A model generated the notes under the pieces. That model worked only from the letters and a program-made list of their open reading frames with translations, was not told where the DNA came from and searched no databases. A program made the translations under genes and the position numbers. Below are positions 10,094 through 19,325 of a stretch of DNA of 48,521 nucleotides, piece after piece (position 1 is the first letter of the stretch; each line of letters opens with the position of its first letter). This DNA is from Fidelibacterota bacterium (GTDB lineage: Bacteria > Fidelibacterota > Marinisomatia > Marinisomatales > UBA1611), in contig JAPYRR010000005.1 in the NCBI GenBank assembly GCA_029936885.1, positions 1 through 48,521 of the forward strand. Direction: 5' to 3'.

Positions 10094-10972
10094 ATGGTAA
10101 AATTTAAATCCAAAAAGATGCGATTAACTCTCCTGATGATCCTGGCCATGATCACCTGGGGATTGTCGTGGACCAATGCAAAAATATTAGGTAATTATGG
10201 GGATGCACCGCTTATGATGTTTTGGCGATTTTTTATTGCCACTATTTCTTTTGCTCCGATAGTTTGGTTGAAAAAGGAATCATTTAAAATCAGTAAAGAA
10301 GCACTTCATTTTATTATTCTAAATTCTATATTTATGACATCTTACAACTTTTTTTATTTTAAAGGAACCCAAGTCGGATTAGCGGGAGAAGGTGGTGTCT
10401 TGGTCACAACGTTGAATCCGATTCTTACAACACTTTTTTCTGCGCTTTTCTTCGGTGGTATTTTATTGAGGAAAGATATTGTTGGACTCATGCTCGGATT
10501 TTTTGGCGGTGCATGTATTCTCAAAATATGGGATCTAAACCTTGATCTACTTTTTCAATCGGGGAATTTCCATTTTATTATGGCGTCCTTGTCTTGGGTG
10601 TCAGTAACGATCTTAACATCGAGATCAAAATCAGTCATCCCTTTTATTCCCTATAGTTTTTGGTGCTTCGCGCTATCAGCAATTTTTAGTTTATTCATAG
10701 CAGTGAATGAACCCTTGTTGGATGTTTTCCAATTTGATTGGATCTTTTGGCTAAATATGATGTGTTTGGCTGTAGCTGCCATGGCATTTGGTACATCAGT
10801 ATATTTTCAGGCTTCTGTGGAATTGGGGGCTAAAAAAGCCAGTGCTTACATATTCACCGTCCCCTTAACTGCCATGGGATTTGCCATGTATTATTTAGGT
10901 GAGCCGCTTATGATTACCACACTGATTGGAGGGACTTTGGGTGTTGCTGCGGTTTATTTGATCAATAAATAA
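10094..10972 (+). CDS. DMT/EamA family transporter
   Basis: About ten hydrophobic segments, WGLSW, duplicated EamA halves, LGEPL. Confidence 0.88.
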   Translation: MVKFKSKKMRLTLLMILAMITWGLSWTNAKILGNYGDAPLMMFWRFFIATISFAPIVWLKKESFKISKEALHFIILNSIFMTSYNFFYFKGTQVGLAGEGGVLVTTLNPILTTLFSALFFGGILLRKDIVGLMLGFFGGACILKIWDLNLDLLFQSGNFHFIMASLSWVSVTILTSRSKSVIPFIPYSFWCFALSAIFSLFIAVNEPLLDVFQFDWIFWLNMMCLAVAAMAFGTSVYFQASVELGAKKASAYIFTVPLTAMGFAMYYLGEPLMITTLIGGTLGVAAVYLINK

Positions 10973-11004
10973 AAAAGCCTCTGCCGGACGGCAGAGGCTT
11001 TTTT
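10971..11004. terminator. Bidirectional intrinsic terminator between convergent genes
   Basis: AAAAAAGCCTCTGCC-GGAC-GGCAGAGGCTTTTTT perfect stem with flanking A6/T6. Confidence 0.92.
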
Positions 11005-11021
11005 ACACTGTAGAATTCTGA

Positions 11022-12062
11022 TTAAGCTGGATTCTGTGATTTTTGAAATTTTTCTAATTGCTCCCCATAATATTTATCTTCAGAATCAAAAGAAATACAT
11101 TTTTCAATTTCAGCAATGGCTTCTTCTACTCGTCCCATTTTCCACAGGACTTCCGCTTTCGTATCGATATACATGTGTTTATTTTTTTCATCAATCTCAT
11201 TTTCGATCGCCCAATTAACTTTTTCTAAAGCAAGATCAAGATTTAACTTCAACTCGGACATACGCCAGGCAAATCCATTCAAATATCCTGAATTAGGATC
11301 TTTATTGGCATTGACAACTCGAATATATAGATTGGCTTCTAATTCAGGATCAACTCCACGCTGACGCACCAAGTACATAGCTTCTTGTAATGCATTTATT
11401 GAATTTTCACTATTAGGATTTTTATCTGCATAAACAATGAGTGGTGTCGGATCACGAGTTTCTCGTGCATCATATAAAATGGATTGAAAAGCGGCCGCTC
11501 CTGATGAATCTGTCCCGGCTTCAAGAATGGCATTGATCATTTCTCTGGCAGAAGCTTTATCATTCATATTTTCATATTTATTAGCCAATTTGAATAATGT
11601 ACTGAATTTTGTTCCGTCTAATTCCAATTCTCCCAATAAAGTTGGCAATGTATTTATACCATTTTTAATTTGGTTTAATTTTTCCAGAAATGGTTCCGGC
11701 GGCATATACCCTACGATCCTATCTACCTCCTGGCCATTCTCATTCGCTATGATAATTGTTGGAAATCCACGAACACCAAACTGTTTTGCTAGTTCAATCC
11801 CTTCTCCTTTTTCAGCATCAATTTTTAGGCTGATCAGGTTTTTATTTGCGAATGCTCTGACTTTATTATCAGAAAATGTATCGGCATCCAGCCGTTTACA
11901 CCATACTCACCATTCGGTCTCAAAATCCATCAGGACAAGTTTTCCACCGGATTGGGCTAGAATAGTTTGAAAGGGTACATCCTTATTCCAGGCATAGGGT
12001 TCCTTATTGGCACACCCAGAATAAAGGATTATTGTTATTACAATTAATATTAAATTTTTCAC
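11022..12062 (-). CDS. Thioredoxin-fold + TPR-like lipoprotein, predicted selenoprotein (UxxC; in-frame TGA at codon 52), 346 aa
   Basis: GTG at 12062 gives [17 protein letters not shown] (lipobox)...KLVLMDFETEW-TGA-VWCKRLDADTF...KIDAEKGEG..FGVRGFPT..EVDRIVGYMPP, in frame with track ORF 11022..11705; TGA at 11909-11907. Confidence 0.85.
11877..11900 (-). promoter_or_regulatory. Putative bacterial SECIS element
   Basis: After UGA: GUAUGG UGUA AA CGGC UGGAU GCCG A UACA; two-part stem, apical loop begins 17 nt downstream with G at loop position 2. Confidence 0.7.
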
Positions 12063-12472
12063 GCTTTCTCCATGTTTTCTTGAAAAATAGTTCGAATATA
12101 TTTCGGCATTCTTATAGGTTTCCCTTTTAAAGTTGTACTGGCATGAATCGTATATCCTTGTACTAATATTTCATCAGATTCTTTATTGCAGATGGTATAA
12201 TCAATTTTCAATTTTACCTTTGGGACGTCTTGGATAGAGGTTTTCACAATAATATCCTGACTAAATTTTGCGCCTTTTTTATACTCAGCATGTGCTTCAA
12301 TCACGGGAAGCATGGCACCATTTTCTTCTACTTTGACATAATCCAGACCGATTGAGGACAACATATCTGTCCGAGCTATTTCAAAGAATTCAAAATACCG
12401 CGAATAATACACAATCCCCATTTGATCGATATCTTTGTAATAGATCTTTATGTGATGATCGTATTGGATCAT
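12059..12472 (-). CDS. Acyl-CoA thioesterase, YbgC/FadM (4HBT) family
   Basis: [21 protein letters not shown] hotdog-fold motif. Confidence 0.9.
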   Translation of the reverse strand: MIQYDHHIKIYYKDIDQMGIVYYSRYFEFFEIARTDMLSSIGLDYVKVEENGAMLPVIEAHAEYKKGAKFSQDIIVKTSIQDVPKVKLKIDYTICNKESDEILVQGYTIHASTTLKGKPIRMPKYIRTIFQENMEKA

Positions 12473-13428
12473 GGTGTTTCAGTAAAATATCCTAGCTTGT
12501 CATATTTTTGGATTCGATTATTGAGAAAATTATTAGGTTCGATTTTTTCTAATTGATGTAATTCATCCACCAAGACAGATTTCAATGATTCTGCTGTATC
12601 TATAAAATTACGATGTGCACCCCCATTGGGTTCATCTACAATTCGATCACAGATTCCCACTTCCATAAGATCTTTTGGTGTTGGTTTTAATGCCTCAGCA
12701 GCATCTTCTGCCCTTTTCGCATCCCGGAATAAAATAGATGCACATCCTTCAGGACTGATCACAGAATACCATGTGTTTTCCAACATGAGCATCCTGTCAC
12801 AGACACCAATACCTAATGCCCCGCCACTGGCACCTTCACCGATTACTACGCCTACAATGGGTACCCGTAATCCTGACATTTCCAATAAATTTCGAGCAAT
12901 GGCTTCACCTTGACCCCTCTCTTCTGCTCCAATTCCTGGATAGGCTCCAATCGTGTCCATAAACGTAATAACAGGAAGACCAAATTTTTCAGCCAGTTTC
13001 ATGACACGCAAAGCTTTTCGATACCCTTCTGGACGCATCATGCCAAAATTGCGATAAAGATTTTCTTTCGTATTCCTTCCTTTTTGCTGGCCTATAAACG
13101 CTACTTTTCTGTTCTCAAAATGTCCAATTCCCGTGATGACTGCAGGATCATCCATGAAATGTCTGTCGCCGTGAAGCTCAATGAAATCAGGTGAAAAATA
13201 CTGGATATAATCAAGTGAGTGGGGTCTATTTGGATGTCTGGCTAACTGTACCCGCTGCCATCGCGATAATGTAGAATATATTTTTTCTATTTTTTCAGAT
13301 CTGCTTTCTTTTAATTTTGCAATGGATCGTAAATCATCTTTGGAAGGATCATTCGAAGATTCCAACTCGATGATCTGATCATCCAATACTCGGATGGGGG
13401 TTTCAAATTCTAGGTAATAATTTGACAT
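12469..13428 (-). CDS. accA: Acetyl-CoA carboxylase carboxyltransferase alpha subunit
   Basis: [50 protein letters not shown]. Confidence 0.97.
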   Translation of the reverse strand: MSNYYLEFETPIRVLDDQIIELESSNDPSKDDLRSIAKLKESRSEKIEKIYSTLSRWQRVQLARHPNRPHSLDYIQYFSPDFIELHGDRHFMDDPAVITGIGHFENRKVAFIGQQKGRNTKENLYRNFGMMRPEGYRKALRVMKLAEKFGLPVITFMDTIGAYPGIGAEERGQGEAIARNLLEMSGLRVPIVGVVIGEGASGGALGIGVCDRMLMLENTWYSVISPEGCASILFRDAKRAEDAAEALKPTPKDLMEVGICDRIVDEPNGGAHRNFIDTAESLKSVLVDELHQLEKIEPNNFLNNRIQKYDKLGYFTETP

Positions 13429-13439
13429 TAGGTTTTTAT

Positions 13440-14489
13440 TTATGAATAGTTCTTATCTAGTTCGATGAAAGCCATAATTCCAAAGCAAATGGCAAGACCA
13501 AAAATAAAGTTCGCATACGTTACAGGTAAATTTAGACATAAAAACCCTATCATACTCAGGATGAGTGAGGCACCATGCATAATCAATACGGATTGTGGAA
13601 TCGGTATTCCTCTTTGAGCCAATCGATGAAACGTATGGTCATGGGATGCTTTGTGGATCTTTTTATTCCTTTTTAATCGAGAAATGATAACCAAAAGCAT
13701 ATCAAAAATAGGAACGGCAAAAATGAGAATTGGAACAAACCAGGTTGATGCTTGATTCCCAGTTTTAGGCTCATAAATAATTGCGATGGATGCCAATAAA
13801 AAGCCAAGCATCTGTGCTCCAGAATCACCTAAAAATAACCGAGCCGGATGTGAATTAAAAAAATAGAGTGCTATACATGTTCCAAGAATAACTGTACAAA
13901 GAAAAATTAGAGTTGGTTGCGCTGTTACTAACGCGATTACGAGAAATATGCCTGACGAAACTCCACTCAAGCCCACAGCCAAACCATCAGAACTATCAAT
14001 AAAATTAAATGCGTTTGTCACGGCCACGAGCCAAAATATTGTCAACCCCGTATTCAACCATGTATCCATAAAAGAATTGGTTCTAAAAAAGAATTCAGGT
14101 GATGAAAATATATTCACTTGGACGCCAAGATAAACGAGCACAACAGCTCCCAATATTTGTCCAATCATTTTTTTGGGCACGGAAAGATGCAGAAAATCGT
14201 CCAATAATCCAAATACGCCAATAATCATTCCTGAAGCAATTATAGCAAAAATATTTGGGTCTCGCCACATGCCTGATGCCAAAAGCATAATGATAAAAGT
14301 ATCTATCAAAACTATCCCACCTGTCAACGGAATTGGGGAATCATGGTTCTTATGGTCCGCACTACCCGGAATATCCATAAGCCCGATTTTAGGCGCGATT
14401 TTAAGGCTAAACCATGAAAGTGAAAGCGCAACAATAATGGTGGAGACCATTAAAAGAATGATTGGATCGAGTTGTGTAAAATTTTCCAT
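13440..14489 (-). CDS. WecA/MraY-family (GT4/PNPT) polyprenyl-phosphate sugar-phosphate transferase
   Basis: D.P...K.H..P.PLTGG, GLLDD, NAFNFID..DGL, FLGDSG, HTFHRL; multi-TM. Confidence 0.9.
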   Translation of the reverse strand: MENFTQLDPIILLMVSTIIVALSLSWFSLKIAPKIGLMDIPGSADHKNHDSPIPLTGGIVLIDTFIIMLLASGMWRDPNIFAIIASGMIIGVFGLLDDFLHLSVPKKMIGQILGAVVLVYLGVQVNIFSSPEFFFRTNSFMDTWLNTGLTIFWLVAVTNAFNFIDSSDGLAVGLSGVSSGIFLVIALVTAQPTLIFLCTVILGTCIALYFFNSHPARLFLGDSGAQMLGFLLASIAIIYEPKTGNQASTWFVPILIFAVPIFDMLLVIISRLKRNKKIHKASHDHTFHRLAQRGIPIPQSVLIMHGASLILSMIGFLCLNLPVTYANFIFGLAICFGIMAFIELDKNYS

Positions 14490-15353
14490 TTATCTTAGAA
14501 TAAGGTATTTACCTTCAGCAAAAATTAATTTACCAAACATCGCAAAAGAATAGAAAAGATTAAACAATGTTGAATAGTCACTGGCAAAATGTTTGAAATA
14601 ATATAGATAATACGATCGATGCCATTCAAAAATTGCTCTCATAGGAATCGTTCCAGAACCGCCTGCGCCACCAATATGTTTTACTATAGAATTTGGATTA
14701 TAATAGATAGACCATCCCATTTCCTTTGCACGTAAACAATAATCTGAATCCTCCTGATACGCAAAAAATTGTTCGTCAAAATAACCAATATTCTCAATGA
14801 CTTCTCTTTTGATCACCATGCATGAACCTGAAACTCCACTGACTTCATTGATTTCATTTTCATCCAAATGATTTAAGTGATATCCGGTATATTTTTTATT
14901 TTGTGGATATTTTTTTGATAAACCCAAAAAATAGGACAAAACATCTGCAGGACGAGCAATTCCCCGCCTACAGGATTGTTGAAACGTCCCGTCATAGTTC
15001 ACAACCTTTGGACCGCAAATCCCAATTTCATCATTTTTATCCAAAAATTGGATTAGAATGGAAATAGAATCCGGTTCAGGAAGGGTATCAGGATTCAATA
15101 CAACCAAGTACTTCCCTTCTGCTCTTTTCAATGCTTGATTGATAGCTCTCGTATACCCTTCATTTCGGATGTTTTTTATTAATTGAATATCTGGGAAATT
15201 TTGATGGATGAATTTTTGAGATCCATCTTTGGAATGGTTATCAACAATAATAGTCTCATAGGAACGATGACCTATAGATTTCGAAAGAGATTTAATGCAT
15301 GCACTAAGATGCTGTTTTGCATTCAGATTAACGATGCAAATGGATACTTTCAT
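14490..15353 (-). CDS. Glycosyltransferase family 2 (WbbL-like)
   Basis: MKVSICIVN start at 15353, VDNHSKDGS, LNPDT, SGSCM, FDEQFFAYQEDSDYC. Confidence 0.88.
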   Translation of the reverse strand: MKVSICIVNLNAKQHLSACIKSLSKSIGHRSYETIIVDNHSKDGSQKFIHQNFPDIQLIKNIRNEGYTRAINQALKRAEGKYLVVLNPDTLPEPDSISILIQFLDKNDEIGICGPKVVNYDGTFQQSCRRGIARPADVLSYFLGLSKKYPQNKKYTGYHLNHLDENEINEVSGVSGSCMVIKREVIENIGYFDEQFFAYQEDSDYCLRAKEMGWSIYYNPNSIVKHIGGAGGSGTIPMRAIFEWHRSYYLYYFKHFASDYSTLFNLFYSFAMFGKLIFAEGKYLILR

Positions 15354-15360
15354 ACAGGGT

Positions 15361-16074
15361 TTAGATCCACCCAAAGATCTTCCAGATCCGCAGACGCCAA
15401 ACCATCCAAATTGCTTCATACATTATGGTTTTGGACATTTTAGATTCGCCAATTGTACGATCATGAAAGATAATGGGTTCCTCCTTGATACGAGCCCCTT
15501 TAAGCCAGGCACGAAAATTCATCTCTATTTGGAATGAATATCCTTGGGACCTTACTTTATTTAATTCAATTTTCTCCATGAGGGAAACACGCCATGCTTT
15601 AAACCCGCCCGTACCATCATTGATTGGCATTCCCGTAATTGTTCTTGAATACATATTAGCACCATAGCTCAATATTAATCTTCGAATAGGCCAATTGACT
15701 ACACTTACACCATCAATATATCGACTTCCAATAACAAGGTCATTATCGGTGAGTTCGGCCACCAATCGCGGAACATCATTGGGATCATGAGACAAGTCCG
15801 CATCCATTTGTACAATCGCATCATAATCCCTTTCCAATGCCCATTTGAATCCAAAAAGGTACGCTGTACCTAAACCTGCTTTTCCTGGCCTTACTTCTAA
15901 ATAAAGGTTTGAATAAGATTTTTGGAGATTTTTAACAATTTCTCCTGTTCCATCAGGGGAATTATCATCTACAATTAATAAATGAAATTCCGGATTTGGA
16001 TCTAGAACCTTTTCAACAAGAAGTTGAATATTTTTACGTTCGTTATATGTGGGTGAAATAACTAAGGTTTTCAT
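15361..16074 (-). CDS. Polyprenol monophosphomannose synthase (DPM1/Ppm1-like GT2)
   Basis: PTYNERKNI, VDDNSPDGTG, GLGTAY..GF, QMDADLSH, GYSFQIEM, GESKMS. Confidence 0.9.
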   Translation of the reverse strand: MKTLVISPTYNERKNIQLLVEKVLDPNPEFHLLIVDDNSPDGTGEIVKNLQKSYSNLYLEVRPGKAGLGTAYLFGFKWALERDYDAIVQMDADLSHDPNDVPRLVAELTDNDLVIGSRYIDGVSVVNWPIRRLILSYGANMYSRTITGMPINDGTGGFKAWRVSLMEKIELNKVRSQGYSFQIEMNFRAWLKGARIKEEPIIFHDRTIGESKMSKTIMYEAIWMVWRLRIWKIFGWI

Positions 16075-16937
16075 TCAGTACATTTATCTATAATTTTATT
16101 CAGGCAATTATCAATTGTTGGCTGGACTACCTTTAAAAGGCCAATTAATTTATTTGATTTTAGGCCAGACATCAATGGCCTAGCAGCAGGTTGATTCAAT
16201 TCTTTTGTAGAAATCGGATGAATCAATTTTTTATCCAACTCAAATTTTTCAGCGATTTTTAAAGCAAAATCATATCGACTTAATAAATTCCCATCTCCCC
16301 AATGATATATTCCGGAAATTTTTTGTTGAATGCATAAAAAAATAATATCTGCTATAGATTCTGTCCAGGTAGGATTATTTATTTGGTCATCTACAACACG
16401 GATAATTTGTCCATCTTTTAAAGAATTCACCACCCAATTTAAAAAACTAGCCTGTGTTAAATTGTCATATCCATAAATCACATTACAACGAAGAACCAAA
16501 TGGTTTGGGTTTTCATGGAGCAAAATACGTTCAGAAGCGAGTTTTGTTTCACCGTACACATTTATTGGCGAAACTGGTGATGTCTCTGAGTAGGGCCCAT
16601 TTTCCCCGTTAAATACATAATCTGTTGAGAGGTGAATGATCTTCCCATCAAAAGCATCACATAAATGTTGTATCCCTGCAATATTTATTTCCTTGGCTAG
16701 ACGTGGGTTTAACTCACAACCATCAACGCTAGTCATGGCTGCCAAATTAATAATTAGATCTGGATTTAAGACATCCAATAAACTTTGAACAAGAATTTTA
16801 TCTCGAATATCTAGCGTATGTCCAATTTGGTTTTTTGGAACGGTTCTTCCTGTTCGAATAACATCATAGTTAAAACGAAGGTTTTGACTTAGAGCCGTAC
16901 CTAATTGACCAAACGCACCTGTGATTAAAATTTTCAT
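16071..16937 (-). CDS. rfbD: dTDP-4-dehydrorhamnose reductase
   Basis: TGAFGQLG, STDYVFNG, PINVYGETKLASE, DQINNPT, A.RP. Confidence 0.88.
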   Translation of the reverse strand: MKILITGAFGQLGTALSQNLRFNYDVIRTGRTVPKNQIGHTLDIRDKILVQSLLDVLNPDLIINLAAMTSVDGCELNPRLAKEINIAGIQHLCDAFDGKIIHLSTDYVFNGENGPYSETSPVSPINVYGETKLASERILLHENPNHLVLRCNVIYGYDNLTQASFLNWVVNSLKDGQIIRVVDDQINNPTWTESIADIIFLCIQQKISGIYHWGDGNLLSRYDFALKIAEKFELDKKLIHPISTKELNQPAARPLMSGLKSNKLIGLLKVVQPTIDNCLNKIIDKCTE

Positions 16938-16938
16938 C

Positions 16939-17955
16939 TTAGTGCAACACAGAGAAGGTTTTTACAATTAAATCTAATTGACGCATAAATATCGATTTAT
17001 CATTTCCTGGAAAATGAATCAGATAGTTAATATGATAGGTTCTATCCTTTTTCTTATCATAAAATATATACGATTGAAAGGGACCGCCTTTTGAATCTTT
17101 TAAATCAATTGTTTCCCATATACCTTTTGCTCGCCAAGCATTATTATCCTTAAATGTTGTCTTTTCAATTGAAAAATGGTAATCATTAAATCGTATAGAT
17201 TCATAATGAGATGCAGGCCATGCCCAAATATTTTCACCAACACGGAGTTCATCATTCACTTGATTCCCCTCATCCCAACTTATCCCAATCCATTGAAAAG
17301 GCAATTCTCTTCCGAGCCAAACAAAGGATGAATCTGGCGTTTTCTTGATGGATTGCCATCCCCATGGAATCTTAAGTGTCCACCCATATTCCGTATTTAA
17401 AGAATCTTCTAGTTTTTTATTTCGATCATCACCAAATATGTATCTACTTTGACGATCAATAAATAAATCGTGAAACTGTTTTCGAATGTAATCTCTTTTG
17501 TCCTCTATTGTAGAATATAATTGCTCTTTTGTACGGGCATTAATGACCATGAATAGTTGTTTATCAGCATGTACATTTTTGGCTAGAATAACAGGATCAC
17601 CCGTCTCAGTTTCAATGAACTGATTTTCGGGCAAAATTCTTTTAATTAGATTATATCCAGAATTCCTTGAATCACGGTCAATTGCCGCTACAATTACTTG
17701 AGCTTGATCTTTTAAATCTTTATAAGTAGACGGATCTGAAAATTTTAAATAATAAAAAGGTTCAGGTTCCGGCGAATAAAGTGTGTCAATAAAGATGGAT
17801 GTTAAATATTTTATAATGAAAGGTTTGTCAATATTGGAACAAATAACTCGTATTTCATTCCCAGCACCCAGAGCTTCTCTTTTTTGAGAACAACCGGATA
17901 ATTGGATTATGAATCCAACCATTAAACATAGTAGCACTTTCTGATAATAATACAT
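16939..17955 (-). CDS. DUF4837-like lipoprotein
   Basis: Lipobox LSGC; GIWE......GGPF.SY and P..DK...MRQL motifs typical of the family. Confidence 0.7.
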   Translation of the reverse strand: MYYYQKVLLCLMVGFIIQLSGCSQKREALGAGNEIRVICSNIDKPFIIKYLTSIFIDTLYSPEPEPFYYLKFSDPSTYKDLKDQAQVIVAAIDRDSRNSGYNLIKRILPENQFIETETGDPVILAKNVHADKQLFMVINARTKEQLYSTIEDKRDYIRKQFHDLFIDRQSRYIFGDDRNKKLEDSLNTEYGWTLKIPWGWQSIKKTPDSSFVWLGRELPFQWIGISWDEGNQVNDELRVGENIWAWPASHYESIRFNDYHFSIEKTTFKDNNAWRAKGIWETIDLKDSKGGPFQSYIFYDKKKDRTYHINYLIHFPGNDKSIFMRQLDLIVKTFSVLH

Positions 17956-17987
17956 CGTAAAAATTAGGGTAGATTAAACTGTAAATC

Positions 17988-19325
17988 CTATAATCGAGAT
18001 ATCCATTTTATATGAAGTTTTCCCTGGTTTAATGTTTGGCCATACGGAAGGGCATATTGTACTTTAATAATAGATTGATCAGATTTTTGAGCCATGCCAA
18101 ACCCATAGCCAAAATATCCATCCTTTACAGTGTTAAATGATGAAATGCCATAATCTGAAAAAAGATTGAATTGAATTTTAGTGTCGGGTTGATAGGCTAA
18201 TTCTAAAGTAGAAATAAAATACTGAGTGGATAAAAATTGTTGTTCTAAATAGCCTCGCATAGTTGATGACCCTCCATATAAATAATATCTACTTTTCGGA
18301 ACTTTATTATTCAAATTCGTTATTCCTTTCCCAATAAATTTTATGTATCCATGAACATTATTTTGGATTGGGTTAAAATAATTAAATTCAAATTCACTTT
18401 CTATAAAGCCATTTCCATTTTGTAATCCAATATCTACCGATCCAAATAACATCATCCCATCATTTGGAAAAAATCGATTATTTCTTGAATCTCTGAAAGA
18501 CGATAATTTAAAAGCCTTAAATCCAACTTTGTCATAACCGTTCTCTTCGCCCTTTCCAGTAGGAATAGTTTTACCGGTGGAATATCCAAGATTCATTAAA
18601 TGAAGCCCCGGGATAAACATTTGCAACATTGTTTCATTCTCAATAATTGAATATAATCCCTTGATCACTTCGTGGTGATAATTCCAATGAACACCTAAAT
18701 CCCACCCAAATGGATGAGGTTCATATACCTTGAATCGGATAACTTGTGACAATGAATCAACCCGTTGCCAGTAAAGTTCGTACATCCCAGCAGTCTCAAA
18801 TAAATTTTCAAGATGAAGATCAATTTGGCCTGTCACATCCCAGGACTCTCCCCTTTTCCCCATGCCAATTATGCCCGAAAAATGGCTTTCAAACTCAGGA
18901 TCAATTTTAATGATTGCCCCTAAAATTTCATCTCTGACTATTCCAATATCAACGGATAATTCCCGGTTCAAAAAATAATATCTGTCTTGTATTGATTCCC
19001 TAACTTTATTCAATGAGAATCCAATGGTTGCAAGTTTCAATGGATTACTGATTTGGTCTAAAACAGATTGGTTTATTTTCTCTGAAGAAATGACAATCAG
19101 TGTGTCTATCTTTTTTTTGCGATTTATTTTAGTATAGTGTGCACTTTTTGGCTGCGTTGAGAATGATTCTAAAATGAATTCAAGAGACGGATTAGAATCT
19201 TGTTGAATGATTGTAAGCAAGGAATCCATCACATCATCATTTGATATTGAATGTATCTTTATTCGCTCTCCTTGTCCTAAAAGAAGAGAAATGCTGATAA
19301 ACAAAATGAAATTAAAAATGCGCAC
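17988..19325 (-). CDS. Omp85/BamA-TamA-like outer membrane beta-barrel protein
   Basis: Signal peptide from GTG 19325 (track start 19370); barrel motifs NLFETAG, DSRNNRFFP.DG, YGGSSTMRGY.EQQF, GYGFG. Confidence 0.7.
   Translation of the reverse strand: MRIFNFILFISISLLLGQGERIKIHSISNDDVMDSLLTIIQQDSNPSLEFILESFSTQPKSAHYTKINRKKKIDTLIVISSEKINQSVLDQISNPLKLATIGFSLNKVRESIQDRYYFLNRELSVDIGIVRDEILGAIIKIDPEFESHFSGIIGMGKRGESWDVTGQIDLHLENLFETAGMYELYWQRVDSLSQVIRFKVYEPHPFGWDLGVHWNYHHEVIKGLYSIIENETMLQMFIPGLHLMNLGYSTGKTIPTGKGEENGYDKVGFKAFKLSSFRDSRNNRFFPNDGMMLFGSVDIGLQNGNGFIESEFEFNYFNPIQNNVHGYIKFIGKGITNLNNKVPKSRYYLYGGSSTMRGYLEQQFLSTQYFISTLELAYQPDTKIQFNLFSDYGISSFNTVKDGYFGYGFGMAQKSDQSIIKVQYALPYGQTLNQGKLHIKWISRL

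Noticed and set aside
11907-11909. Genome-wide TGA reassignment (code 4 or 25) as explanation for the in-frame TGA
   Set aside because: Well-conserved genes (accA, lepA, nadE, galE, uvrB, trkA) end at TGA at their expected C-termini.
11527-11970. 147-aa plus-strand ORF
   Set aside because: Antisense shadow of the Sec-thioredoxin gene; no recognisable motifs.
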